From Candidatus Spongiisociaceae bacterium (lineage in GTDB: Bacteria; Actinomycetota; Acidimicrobiia; Spongiisociales; Spongiisociaceae): a stretch of DNA of 64,000 nucleotides. The position numbers and the translations under genes are program-made. Positions 19,434 to 28,932 of the stretch are shown in pieces; positions within the stretch are counted from its first letter, which is position 1, and the number at the start of each line of letters is the position of its first letter. The stretch is from NCBI GenBank assembly GCA_965262915.1, contig OZ253564.1, forward strand, positions 1,984,001-2,048,000. Reading direction: 5' to 3'. The notes below the pieces were generated by a model. It was given only the letters and a program-made list of their open reading frames with translations. It did not search any database and was not told the origin of the DNA.

Positions 19434-20477
19434 TCAAACCTCTTTCAGAGCCGGGATGACCTCGTCGTCGAGAAGCTTCAGCGATGCCAGGGTCATCTCG
19501 GCCGGCATCCCGCTCCAATGGCTACGGAAAAGAAAGTGGTCGACACCGAGTTCGGTTCGCCAGGGCCGCAGCTGAGCGATGCAGTCGTCCGGTGTGCCCA
19601 GGATGAATCGGTCCTTCTCGAGCTCCTCGACAGGGATCTTGAACGACTCGTTCCCGGGGAGAGCCTTGTCCTGGCCCCAATCGGCGTACACCCGGTACTT
19701 TTTCGACAGGTACGGGTAGGCCATACGGGTCGCCTCCTCACGCGTCGGAGCGCAGAACACCTCACGGATCAGCGGCAGTTCGGAGACGGGCGGCAATCCG
19801 GCGCTAACCCGCTCGACCCGGAACATCTCCAGCTGGTTTGCGATCGTGTCCACCGTGGCGTGCGGGTTGATCATCCACGAATCGGACAGGCGGGCGGCGC
19901 GGCGTACCGCAGCGTGGGCGTTTGCTGCGATCCATATGGGAGGGCGCGGTCGCTGGATCGGCGGCATTGTGAGCTGCGCATCGTCGAGCCGGCACCAGGG
20001 CAGGTTCGCGGTCACCCGCTCGCCCATGAGCAGTCGGGTTGCGATATCCAGATTGCGGGTGAACCGCTCCACCCGGTTGCCGCGGTCGACTGCGAATGCG
20101 TTGTTCTCCACGTCGCGGTAACCCAAACCGACGCCGAACACGAAGCGGCCTCCGGTGGTGACGTCGAGGCTGGCGACCAGCTCGGCCGCGTCGACCGGGT
20201 TGTAAAGGGCGATCAGCAGGACGCCGAGACCCACTGCCATGTCGTCGGACTCGGCCGCCATGCGTGCCAGGAACGGGATCGGCTGCGGCATTGCCATACC
20301 CTCCGGCAGATAGTGCTGGCCGGCGAACACCGAATCCCAGCCGGCGTCCCTGGCGAAGCGGAACGTGTCAAGCTGGCCCTCTTGGCCTGCGATGACATCG
20401 GATTCGGGCGGATGCTGGTTGGTGAGGAACAGCCCAAACCTCACCGGCTTATCGTGGCCGCGTCCAGGGGTGATCAT
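19434..20477 (-). CDS. LLM-class flavin-dependent oxidoreductase
   Basis: RFGLFLTNQ, SVFAGQHY, GVGLGYR, PIQRPRPPIWIAAN. Confidence 0.85.
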   Translation of the reverse strand: MITPGRGHDKPVRFGLFLTNQHPPESDVIAGQEGQLDTFRFARDAGWDSVFAGQHYLPEGMAMPQPIPFLARMAAESDDMAVGLGVLLIALYNPVDAAELVASLDVTTGGRFVFGVGLGYRDVENNAFAVDRGNRVERFTRNLDIATRLLMGERVTANLPWCRLDDAQLTMPPIQRPRPPIWIAANAHAAVRRAARLSDSWMINPHATVDTIANQLEMFRVERVSAGLPPVSELPLIREVFCAPTREEATRMAYPYLSKKYRVYADWGQDKALPGNESFKIPVEELEKDRFILGTPDDCIAQLRPWRTELGVDHFLFRSHWSGMPAEMTLASLKLLDDEVIPALKEV

Positions 20478-20484
20478 CTTTCCT

Positions 20485-21000
20485 CAGTTCTTGAAGCGCA
20501 GACCGATGGTCTCCGCGATCGTGGCGCGCTTTACCTCGTCGCTTCCATCCGGAATCCGCAGATTGCGAGCGATCTGTAAGAGCCTGTTGATATCGATATT
20601 CATCATCACGCCCCGCGTCGTCGAATCCGAAGTGCTGTGTCCGGGATTCGATGAAGCGTTTCATCGTTGACGAGCTTCATCGTGCAGACCTCGCGGATTT
20701 CCCTCTTCGGGCCTCGGCGTTTTCCACCACGGCCCGAGTCGTTCATGACCGACGTGACGGCAACGGACACGAATCTAACCGGATGCTAGTGCGCATGGAT
20801 GTCGGCGGATCATCGAATGAATGGCCCTGGTTGGCAGCCAGCCGCTTGTACCGATGATGCACCCGTATGCCCGCTTGGTCGCCTTGTCGATGAGGTTCTT
20901 GCCCAAGCGTGCGCACATTCCGCGCGGCGCATACGCGTCCAGAAGATTGACGGACGGTATCGCGATTCTGAACCCTTGGCTGCGCTCATCCATGGTGGGT
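20485..21000 (-). pseudogene. acyl-CoA dehydrogenase remnant
   Basis: fragments QGFRIAI.SVNL..GMC..LG..LIDKA, LAANQG and INRLLQIARNLRIPDGSDEVKRATIAETIG in shifting frames. Confidence 0.55.
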
Positions 21001-21040
21001 AATCGGTCTCGCTGTTGTATCCACACTCGCTTCCGGCCGG

Positions 21041-21988
21041 TCACGTCGCCGCGGCCGAGGCGCGTGGCGCGGCCACAGTCTCGTACAGCATTGTGAACTG
21101 CTCGACTGCCTCCTCCGGTCGGCCGCCGTACAAGAAAATGAGGTGACGGACACCGGCCGCGGCGTATGCCTCGACACGCTCCCCAACCTCTTCCGGGTTC
21201 CCGGCGAGACACAACGTCTCGATGAGGCCAGCGGAAAAGTCGCTGTGGTAGCGCTTGCTCAAATGAATGCGCAGATCCTCGCGCGCTTCGTCACCGTCGG
21301 GCCCGACCCTGGTTGGGATCATCATCGCCGGAGTAATAGCGTGCGGATCTCGTCCGGCATCGATCGCGTGACCGCGGACTTTGGCGAGGTGCTTCGCGTA
21401 GCGGTCGGGCGAGACCATGTATCCCATCCAGCCGTCGGTCAGTTTTCCCGCCCTTGCCAGAACTGCATCAGCTCGTCCCCCAACCCAGATTGGAGGTCCA
21501 CCCGGAGTCACCGGCAGAGGGTTCAGCCCTACATCGTTGAAGTCGGAGAATCTGCCGTGGAAGCTCGCCTCCGGCACATCCCAGAGCGCCCGGAGCACCC
21601 GGATGCCCTCGTCGGTCCGTGCGCCCCGCTCGTGGCGGGCCACGCCCACCATTTCGAAATCTTTCTGGCTGTCACCGCCGACGCCCAGCCCGCAGATGAG
21701 CCTGCCCCCGCACAGATAGTCGAGTGTTGCCATTTGCTTGGCCACAAGGGCCGCGGGCCGCAACGGCAGCAACAGGACTCCGGTGCCGATCGTGATCGTT
21801 GTCGTGTAGCCGGCGAAGGCCGATACTGCGACGGTACCTTCCAGGACCGGGTTGCCGAACGAGAGGTGGTCACCGCACCAGAGCGAGTCGTAGCCAAGCT
21901 CTTCGGCTGCTGCCGCGATGTCGCGGAACACCCCCGGGTCGGGCAGGCCTTCGGGCATCTGCCCGCTTGCCATGACTCCGAATTTCAC
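21041..21988 (-). CDS. LLM-class flavin/F420-dependent oxidoreductase
   Basis: GYDSLWCGDH, IGTGVLLLPLR, GPPIWVGG; start GTG 21988. Confidence 0.85.
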   Translation of the reverse strand: MKFGVMASGQMPEGLPDPGVFRDIAAAAEELGYDSLWCGDHLSFGNPVLEGTVAVSAFAGYTTTITIGTGVLLLPLRPAALVAKQMATLDYLCGGRLICGLGVGGDSQKDFEMVGVARHERGARTDEGIRVLRALWDVPEASFHGRFSDFNDVGLNPLPVTPGGPPIWVGGRADAVLARAGKLTDGWMGYMVSPDRYAKHLAKVRGHAIDAGRDPHAITPAMMIPTRVGPDGDEAREDLRIHLSKRYHSDFSAGLIETLCLAGNPEEVGERVEAYAAAGVRHLIFLYGGRPEEAVEQFTMLYETVAAPRASAAAT

Positions 21989-22007
21989 GCAAGACTCGAC
22001 TTGGCGG

Positions 22008-23390
22008 TCAACCGGTATCGGTAGCGAGCATCGAGATGAGTTCGGGGAAGCTCGAAGCGCTCCCGAGGCCGGCGACGGCTGTGGCAATCGCGTCCTGGCG
22101 TTGCACCGAGTACACAGGCCCGGTGATGTCGTCGAACTTTGTCCTGAGTTCCCCGGGTGAGAGCGGATTCGTGGGGTCGCCCTTCGGGTCGTCGATCTCT
22201 GCCCTCAGCGTGCGGCCGTCGGTCGTGATCACCTCGGCCCAACTTCTCCATTGATGAGGGTAGGTGAGATCGAGGTCCGTGTCTATGACACGATCTGTGG
22301 CATCCATCAAGCGGTGCATCTCGGGGTCATCGAAGCGCGACTCGTCGTATTGCGCCAGCGATGCCCGCCCTTCGGTGAGCGCCACCGCGACCCCATACGG
22401 CATCGAGAACTGGGCATCGACGACGGTAGACGGACGGCGTTTTGCCTCGATCGGCTGCCAGACGATGTCCTCAGCGACGCTCAGCAGCCCGATCTTGATC
22501 CCGGCAACATCATCGCTGCTGAGGTCGTAGTTGGAACGGAGTTCCAAGAGAGCATCGATCGGGCCCTGCTTGTAGCGGCAACAGGTGTGTGCCTTGATAC
22601 TGGTGTTCTGCACCTCAAGCGGCCGATCGCCCCAGCCGGCGAGGATCTCCTTGGGGTTCGGATCGTCTGAGTATCCGGCCAGGAATCCACGCTCTCCACC
22701 GATTCCGTCGTCGGTTCCCTTGAACCCGTGTCGAGCCATCAACGCCGCTTCCACACCGTTGCGGGCAGCCTGAGCGGGATGGAGACGCTTGGTCCACGCG
22801 CCGTCGAGAAGGAACTGCATGCTGCCGGCTGCCATCGTTGCCGCTATGCCGAGAGCAGAAACCGTCTCATCGACACCCAGTCCGAGTATCGAGGCGGCCG
22901 TAGCGGCCGCTCCGAAATGGCCGGTAGTACCGGTGGGGTGGAAGTGGCGCCGGTAGTGAGCGAGTGGTTTGGCGGCGCGGCCGATCCGGCACATCACCTC
23001 GTAGCCGACGATGACGCCGAGCAGAAAGCGCTGTGCATCCGCATCAGAGAGCTGCGCTGCCGCGATAGCCGCCGGGAACACGGCAACGCCGGGATGACTC
23101 GAGGCAGCGTTGTGCACGTCGTCATATTCGATGGAGTGAGCGGCGACCGCGTTGGCCATGGCCGCGTGGAGAGGATTCGCGGTGAGGCTCGTTCCGATGA
23201 TCGGGGCGCCGCCCGGGGTCGACGACACCGCGAAGGATTGCATTGCCCGTCCCGAGTCGGTAGTTGCACCGTTGGCCGCGACGCCGAGATGGTCGAGAAG
23301 GAGTTCTCGGGTCGCCTCCAGATCGCGGTCTGTGAGTTCCGAATAGGTCAACTCCCAGACCCGCTCGACAAGGTCCCTCGTCAGCGACAT
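22008..23390 (-). CDS. MmgE/PrpD family protein
   Basis: NAVAAHSIEYDDVH, SHPG, GFHPT-like HFHPT, KAHTCCRY, AQFSMPY, PKGDP.NPLS. Confidence 0.9.
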   Translation of the reverse strand: MSLTRDLVERVWELTYSELTDRDLEATRELLLDHLGVAANGATTDSGRAMQSFAVSSTPGGAPIIGTSLTANPLHAAMANAVAAHSIEYDDVHNAASSHPGVAVFPAAIAAAQLSDADAQRFLLGVIVGYEVMCRIGRAAKPLAHYRRHFHPTGTTGHFGAAATAASILGLGVDETVSALGIAATMAAGSMQFLLDGAWTKRLHPAQAARNGVEAALMARHGFKGTDDGIGGERGFLAGYSDDPNPKEILAGWGDRPLEVQNTSIKAHTCCRYKQGPIDALLELRSNYDLSSDDVAGIKIGLLSVAEDIVWQPIEAKRRPSTVVDAQFSMPYGVAVALTEGRASLAQYDESRFDDPEMHRLMDATDRVIDTDLDLTYPHQWRSWAEVITTDGRTLRAEIDDPKGDPTNPLSPGELRTKFDDITGPVYSVQRQDAIATAVAGLGSASSFPELISMLATDTG

Positions 23391-23619
23391 TCAACCCTCC
23401 GATTGTTACCCGGTGAAAAAGTCTGACAAAGGATACCGCCACCCTTAAGAATCCGAAAGAGGAGATCGGTGATGTTGTCTCGCTGATCGGCGAACGGTGC
23501 GTAGTACTGATCGGTGGCAAGCTCTGGCTGCCCGATCGTTGCTGGGAGACAAGTCCCTCGAACCTTCGCTAGTTCGGAGATGTCGCGTAGTGCATTCGGT
23601 ATAGCTTTGGTTGTTGCGG

Positions 23620-23814
23620 AGCGCCCCGGTGGCGGGTCTCACGGGTCCGAATCCCACTCCCACCACGGGCCGGTCAGCGGTATCGATCAGCACGTTCGTC
23701 ACACTAACACCTCGCAGGTGCAGTTGCTCGGACATGAGATCAGACACTGAGGCCTCCCTGGATCGGCGTCTTGGCTATTCGCCGATTCCAGCTGGGCCTC
23801 ACCCCCTTTCCAGG
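23620..23814 (-). pseudogene. ISL3-like element remnant (left end and transposase N-terminus) interrupted by the IS110
   Basis: GTG 23747 MSDLMSEQLHLRGVSVTNVLIDT; an RBS-sequestering hairpin precedes GTG; the remaining 33 bp of the left end (25347-25379, GGCTGCGCAGAAGTGTGGGG) lie on the other side of the IS110. Confidence 0.45.
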
Positions 23815-23830
23815 GATGCTCCTACGGTTG

Positions 23831-25060
23831 TCAAGTCGGTGACGGGGCGGGTTGGTGGGTTAGGAGCCAGTTGTGGTATTGGCTGGCGAGTTGGTGGTTG
23901 TGGTCTCGGCCGTGTTCGAGTTCTGAGATGCGGGCGGTGTGGGTTCGGAGGGCTTGGGCGGCTTGGGTGATGGTGATGCCGCCTTGTTGGCGCTGGTTGC
24001 GTAGGCGGGCGCAGTTCGGGGTTGGTGGCGGGTTGGTGAGTAGTCGGTAGATCTGTGGGGCGATGTGGCGTTTGAGGCAGCGGATGATCTCTTTTCGGTT
24101 CTTGCCTTCTCCCTGGCGTCTGGTCACATATTCTTTGGTGGCAGCGTCGGTACGTATCCGGGTGGTAGCGCATCGGCCACAGCGCTGTTGGCTTGGCGGT
24201 TGCCGCCCCGGTTGAGACGATGCCGTATGGTCTGTCCTGATGATGCCTGGACAGGGCTGGTGCCGCACAGCGCCGCGAAGGACGCTTCTGTTTTCATTCG
24301 CCCGGGGTTGTCGCCGGCGGCGACCAGCAGAGCGGCGGCTGTGTCAGGGCCCACACCGGTGGCGGCCAACAACGCCGGGTTCGCCCGGGCGCAGAGACGG
24401 CGGATGTCTCTCTCGAGTTGGGTGATCTCAGCGTTGAGGGTTTGGTATCGGCGGGCCAGGTGGCGTAGAGCCTTCTTCGCGTACGCGGCTGTGGTCTGTG
24501 CTTGGCCGGGACGCCAGCGGGCACAAACCGCTACTCGTGCTCTGAGGTTGAGGCCCTTGAGCTGGTGTTTTACCGGCTCTGGGGCACCAACGATCACAGA
24601 ATGGATCTGGTTAGCCGCCTGGGTGCGGGCCTTGGTCGCCCAGCGGCGGGCCACCAACAGCATCCGCAGGGCACTCAACCGGCCCATCACCAGATTTGGG
24701 AACCGCCGCCGCCTCCCCGCTAGCAGCCGCCCGGGCTGGTGCCTCGGCGTCGACGCTGTCAGACTTGCCGCCCTTCTGGCGGCGTAGTTGCCGGTTGGGG
24801 CGGTTCACCTCCACCACCTCGATGTCGGCTGCGGTCAGATAGCGAGCCAGGCCGGCGCCGTAGCTGCCTGTCCCTTCCATCCCGACCCGAACCAGCCGAC
24901 CCTGCGACCCGAACCAGGCGACCATACGCCGATACCCGGATGCCTCCGCGGAGAACGACTCCCACCCCAACAGCCGACCAGCGCTATCCACCAACGCCCC
25001 CACATGCGTATCCCGATGGGTGTCAACCCCACCGAAAACAACAACCCCATCTTCTGACAC
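23831..25060 (-). pseudogene. IS110 recombinase, frameshifted twice (~24668, ~24175), with C-terminal HTH extension
   Basis: GGVDTH (D), VGMEGTGSYG (E), GKSDSVDA (DD), GVGPDTAA.LL..AGDN, PVQASSG (Ser), RLNRGGNRQAN, IIRCLKRHIA. Confidence 0.9.
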
Positions 25061-25099
25061 GACCCACCTCCCCGTGGACTACCGTCTTTCCAAATGGGG

Positions 25100-25330
25100 T
25101 TCCGGCCAAAAACGGCAGACAATACACTCACGGTGCTGGCAAGCTAAAGCTCCTACAAGGTCATGTCCGCTTCGAGCCAAAACCCTCCCCCCGGACCGGG
25201 GACAGGCCGACAGATCCTTGGAAAGGCGCTCCACACGCCAGATTTCACCGGGGTCAGACCCGCCCCCGGTCCAACCGGGCCACCCATGCGCAGTGGCCGC
25301 CAAAGAACCGGACACCACCCATGGGACACC
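25100..25330 (-). ncRNA. bridge RNA of the IS110 element (predicted)
   Basis: 5' hairpin 25278-25298; target-binding loop 25193-25272; donor-binding loop 25115-25170; guides match the flanking target and the circle-junction sequences. Confidence 0.8.
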
Positions 25331-25623
25331 ACCCATTATGAGTGATTTCACCCCACCAACCCCACACTTCTGCGCAGCCTCAGAAAGCGCAGGCTTTGGA
25401 TAGCTGTCTGAGCTTGGGTGAATGGCCGGAGGGCTGGAGTCGGTTATGACTTCTGGTGTCAACAGCGACCAGGTAGGGCCGGATAGCTACAGGTATCGTG
25501 AAAGCCAACCGCTCACTCCCAAGGTTCTTCCGGCTGGAGCCCCGCGGTCGCACTCCACGGATTCTGTGGGATACAGGGTGGGACGAACACTCCGGAAATG
25601 ACTCTCTATCGGGACCTTTAACC

Positions 25624-27027
25624 GGCTCATCGGAATTCAGTGGGGAGTGACGGTCGCCGGCAGGTCCCAGTTCGGTGTTCCGGCGTGGAGGAGTGCCCGT
25701 ATTCGGTAGTTGGCGAAGTTGGGTAACCCGAACGCGCTCCGTTTGATGCGTTTGATGAGGTTGTTGAGGGCTTCGGTGGGTCTGTTGGTGACTCGGGACT
25801 GGTGCCAGTTGGTGATCTGAGTGGACCATCGGGCGATGACACGGCCGAGGCGGTTGATCTCGGGGGGCATGATTGGTCTCCGAGGTCGGTGGCGAGCTGG
25901 TTGGTGTATCCGACGGCGAGGGTCAGGAAGTCGACAGTGTAGATGCCTCGGACGGTTTCGGTGACGTGCCACCCCAGGCGGACTTCCCGTGGGGGTCGCC
26001 GGTTTCGAGGAGTCCGAGGAGTCGTGTTCGGCCGCGGTCGCTGATGCGTTCATGCGCTTTGGTGAGTCGGCGTGCTCCGTAGAGGGGATCGCGTTTGCGT
26101 CCTCGATAGCCCAGGGTTTCGTTCTGGACGCGTCGTCTGACCTCGTCGAGGCGATGGTTAGCGAGGCGCACGACGTGGAACGGGTCGGCGACCTGGCGGG
26201 CGGGGGGCAGCACCCGGTCGTAGGCAACGTGATAGGCGCCTGACATGTCCAACACTGCCCAGCGGACACCCGCAAGCCACTCGGTAGGCTGGGCCCGAAA
26301 CCAGGCGGCGTCACTGTCAGTTGTTCTACCACCGACTATGTCGGACAACTGTCGGCCGCCGACATCGACAACAGGCGTGCACCACTGCTTGGTATGCCAC
26401 CGTCCCCGTCGCCGGAACAACGTCTCGTCCACCCCCACAGCCTCCACCGCTCCGAACCGATCCTTGTCCGCTTCGAGCAGTGCTTCCCCCCAGCGTGCGG
26501 CCTCCTTGTTGACCGTATGCCACCCACAGCCCAACTCCGCGGCAACATCGTGGGTCGTCCGTCCCAGCCGACCGACCCCGATGGTCACCCACCTCCCGGC
26601 CCGAGAGGTCAACAACCCCCGTTCCGAGCAATCTGAGGGTCTTGTTCCACAAACGACCCAACACCACACGACTCATCCGGACATACCCAGCGGCGTTTCC
26701 GCCAACCGAGCCGTACCGGTCGGCCGAACGCCGGGAGGTCCACCAACACCACCGTCCGCTCCCCCTTGGACCACACCGGCCCGCCACAACCTTCACACAC
26801 CGGCCGGGCCCTACGGCTACGGATCACCACCCCCAGCGGCCCCTCTCCCGTGTAGTCGATACCTACCACTCAACCTTGCCCAGGCCACCAGCCGCTCGCA
26901 CATGTGCGCAGGGATCAGCTTCCACAGGGGGTCCTCCTGCCTCGGATGCGATTGCTGAACTCCGACTACGGAGGACCCCTCCTCACTTCCGGTAGATCAC
27001 CGAGTCCCCACTCATTTCCGAAGAGCT
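25624..27027 (-). mobile_element. ISL3-family insertion sequence with multiply frameshifted transposase
   Basis: imperfect TIRs GGCTCATCGGAATTCAGTGGGGA / AGCTCTTCGGAAATGAGTGGGGA; zinc finger CEGC..LVDLPAFGRPV..KRRW.CP; GVDET, LDMS..Y, ADPFHVVRLA, TEALNNLIKRIKR.AFG..NF.NYRIR. Confidence 0.9.
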
Positions 27028-27069
27028 AGATAACTTCGGCCTTGCCCACCTTGAGCGCCGCGGCGACAG

Positions 27070-27288
27070 GTGGGCCCTAAAGGGGACAGCCTCGCGCTGT
27101 ACCTGCGACGACATAGCTGGGCATTTGGATACACCTGCGTGGTCAACGACCGGGTCCGATACATCTCGGCAGGTGACAGGATCGATCTTCTTCTCCCCCG
27201 TATCCTTGGAGGATTCCGCAATCTGATTGAGTTGAAGAGACCGGATAAGAGAATACTCGTACGGGATAGATCGACCGCGCCGGTCTAG
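27070..27288 (+). pseudogene. Shedu (DUF4263)-like nuclease fragment
   Basis: HSWAFG..VV.D.VR.ISAGD.IDLLLP...GFRNLIELKRP..IL..D resembles the SduA PD-(D/E)xK core; both ends missing. Confidence 0.5.
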
Positions 27289-27302
27289 ACCCGGGAATGC
27301 GC

Positions 27303-27560
27303 AGAAACGTGACCACCTCAGAGTCGGTACTGACCTGGGAAGCGCCGACATCAGGAGGAACCGTCGATACTTATACCATCAAAACGTGTTCAACCACAGT
27401 AGCGGTCCGCTAACAGCTCAGGCAGTGGTCTCGACCCTCACCTAGGATGCCTCGACGTGGGTAAACCTATTCGGATCGGACGTTACAGTACAGATCCGAG
27501 CACGTAACTCAGCCGGGAACTCGCCCTGGACAGAAGCAGTATCATCCAACCCCGCCCGCC
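27303..27560 (+). pseudogene. fibronectin type III domain remnant
   Basis: VLTWEAPTSGGTVDTYTI ... (stops/frameshift) ... VTVQIRARNSAGNSPWTE. Confidence 0.65.
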
Positions 27561-27689
27561 TGAACCACCCACTGGACTTGAACCGGCCCGTGCTCGTCGG
27601 TTACCCGACTGCAGACAGCCTGGGAAGCGTTCCCAGTTGATAGCGTTGAATCCGCCTTGGTTTGTCTTGTTCGGGTCGGCGTTCGGTAC

Positions 27690-27810
27690 GGCGGGCCCAT
27701 TAGCAGGACTGATGGTGATCCTGATCGTCTATCTATCACCGGTGTGGAACAAACAACGGCGGGGCTGGCATGACAAGACATCCAGCACCGTCGTAGTCAA
27801 AGCCATCTGA
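27690..27810 (+). pseudogene. RDD-family membrane protein C-terminal remnant
   Basis: LMVILIVYLSPVWNKQRRGWHDKTSSTVVVKAI*. Confidence 0.6.
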
Positions 27811-28269
27811 CTACTCCACGGCTCCAACTATCCGTTGAGTATCCTATCGGGTAATCGAAGAGATGACTCTGCTCTGGCCTAGAGTCCGGCCCGGTCCTCG
27901 GGGTATCTGTCCGCCGAAGGAAGTGGCTCGCTCCTATCAGCGAATAAGGCGCGACGGCTGACACGCCGAGCACAACGTCGAACCCTCCCTGCTTCGCCGA
28001 CCAAGAGCTGGTCCTACTGGTCGGGCCGCGGGCCGCGTATCGAGTTGTCCGGCTCCGGCAGCCCGTGACCCGGGCGACCCTCTATCTTGGTCTCGACAAG
28101 TAGGGTTAGAATGTGGCCTCCCCGTCCGTCTCCTTCGCGACCGGATTGACGCACACTCCTTGCGAGTGTGCCCGATAGTGTCGGCGGTCGTTCCAAGCTC
28201 CCTGGGCTCCTCCACCTGTGCCGAGCGACCGGGCAGCGCAGTTCGTTCGTTGCGGGCCTTCGGATTGCG

Positions 28270-28932
28270 GTGAGGAGGGCACCGATCTCCGTCGACCTTA
28301 AGCTGGCTCGACTCCGCCAGGAGTACGAGACCGAGGGGTTGTCGATGGCAGGTCTCGATCCCGATCCGATCCGGCAGTTCGCGAGGTGGATGGACGCCGC
28401 CGTGAGCGCCGGCGTGCCACAACCCAACGCGATGACCGTGGCCAGCGCCGATGCCCGGGGCAGGCCCTCCGCCCGGGCGGTGTTGCTGAAGGGATACGAG
28501 TCGTCCGGTTTCGTGTTCTACACCAACCTGGAGAGCCGCAAGGCCCGCGAGATCGACGCTAACCCGTGGGCGGCACTGTGCATCGTGTGGCTCGAACTGC
28601 ATCGGCAGGTGCGGATCGAAGGGCCGGTGGAGCGAGTTGATGACGGGGTGGCCGATGATTACTTCGCATCCCGGCCTCGGGAGGCGCAGATCGCCGCAGC
28701 CGCCTCCCCGCAGAGCCGGGTGGTGCGCGACCGGGCCGCCCTGGAGGCACTGGTGGGACAAAGGGAGGTCGAGTACGGCGAAGCGGAAGTGTCGAGGCCC
28801 GGGCACTGGGGAGGCTTGAGGGTCTGTCCCGAACGGATCGAGTTCTGGCAGGGCCGCCGTCACCGCCTTCACGACCGCATCGTCTACGAGACCGGTGGGG
28901 GAGGGTGGCGAAAGGCGCGGCTGGCGCCTTGA
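28270..28932 (+). CDS. pdxH: pyridoxine/pyridoxamine 5'-phosphate oxidase
   Basis: LRQEY...L, PNAMTVAS, RAVLLKG, FYTN.ESRK, IEFWQGR.HRLHDR; start uncertain. Confidence 0.92.
   Translation: MRRAPISVDLKLARLRQEYETEGLSMAGLDPDPIRQFARWMDAAVSAGVPQPNAMTVASADARGRPSARAVLLKGYESSGFVFYTNLESRKAREIDANPWAALCIVWLELHRQVRIEGPVERVDDGVADDYFASRPREAQIAAAASPQSRVVRDRAALEALVGQREVEYGEAEVSRPGHWGGLRVCPERIEFWQGRRHRLHDRIVYETGGGGWRKARLAP

Larger units (their letters stand above)
23815..25346 (-). mobile_element. IS110-family insertion sequence (bridge-recombinase type)
   Basis: no terminal IRs; ATC at both ends (23815-17, 25344-46); TTGACA at the right end, CATAAT at the left end; DEDD recombinase inside. Confidence 0.9.

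Noticed and set aside
19281-20579. 432-aa + strand ORF, and similar long ORFs at 33057..34535, 50595..52067, 52003..53247 and 57158..58786
   Set aside because: Antisense shadows of well-supported genes, expected in high-GC DNA; no family motifs.
24660-24690. Programmed frameshift in the IS110 recombinase
   Set aside because: No slippery heptamer, and a second indel lies at ~24175; decay or sequencing error is more likely.
25616-27035. 8-bp target duplication for the ISL3
   Set aside because: The flanks CTTTAACC and AGATAACT do not match.
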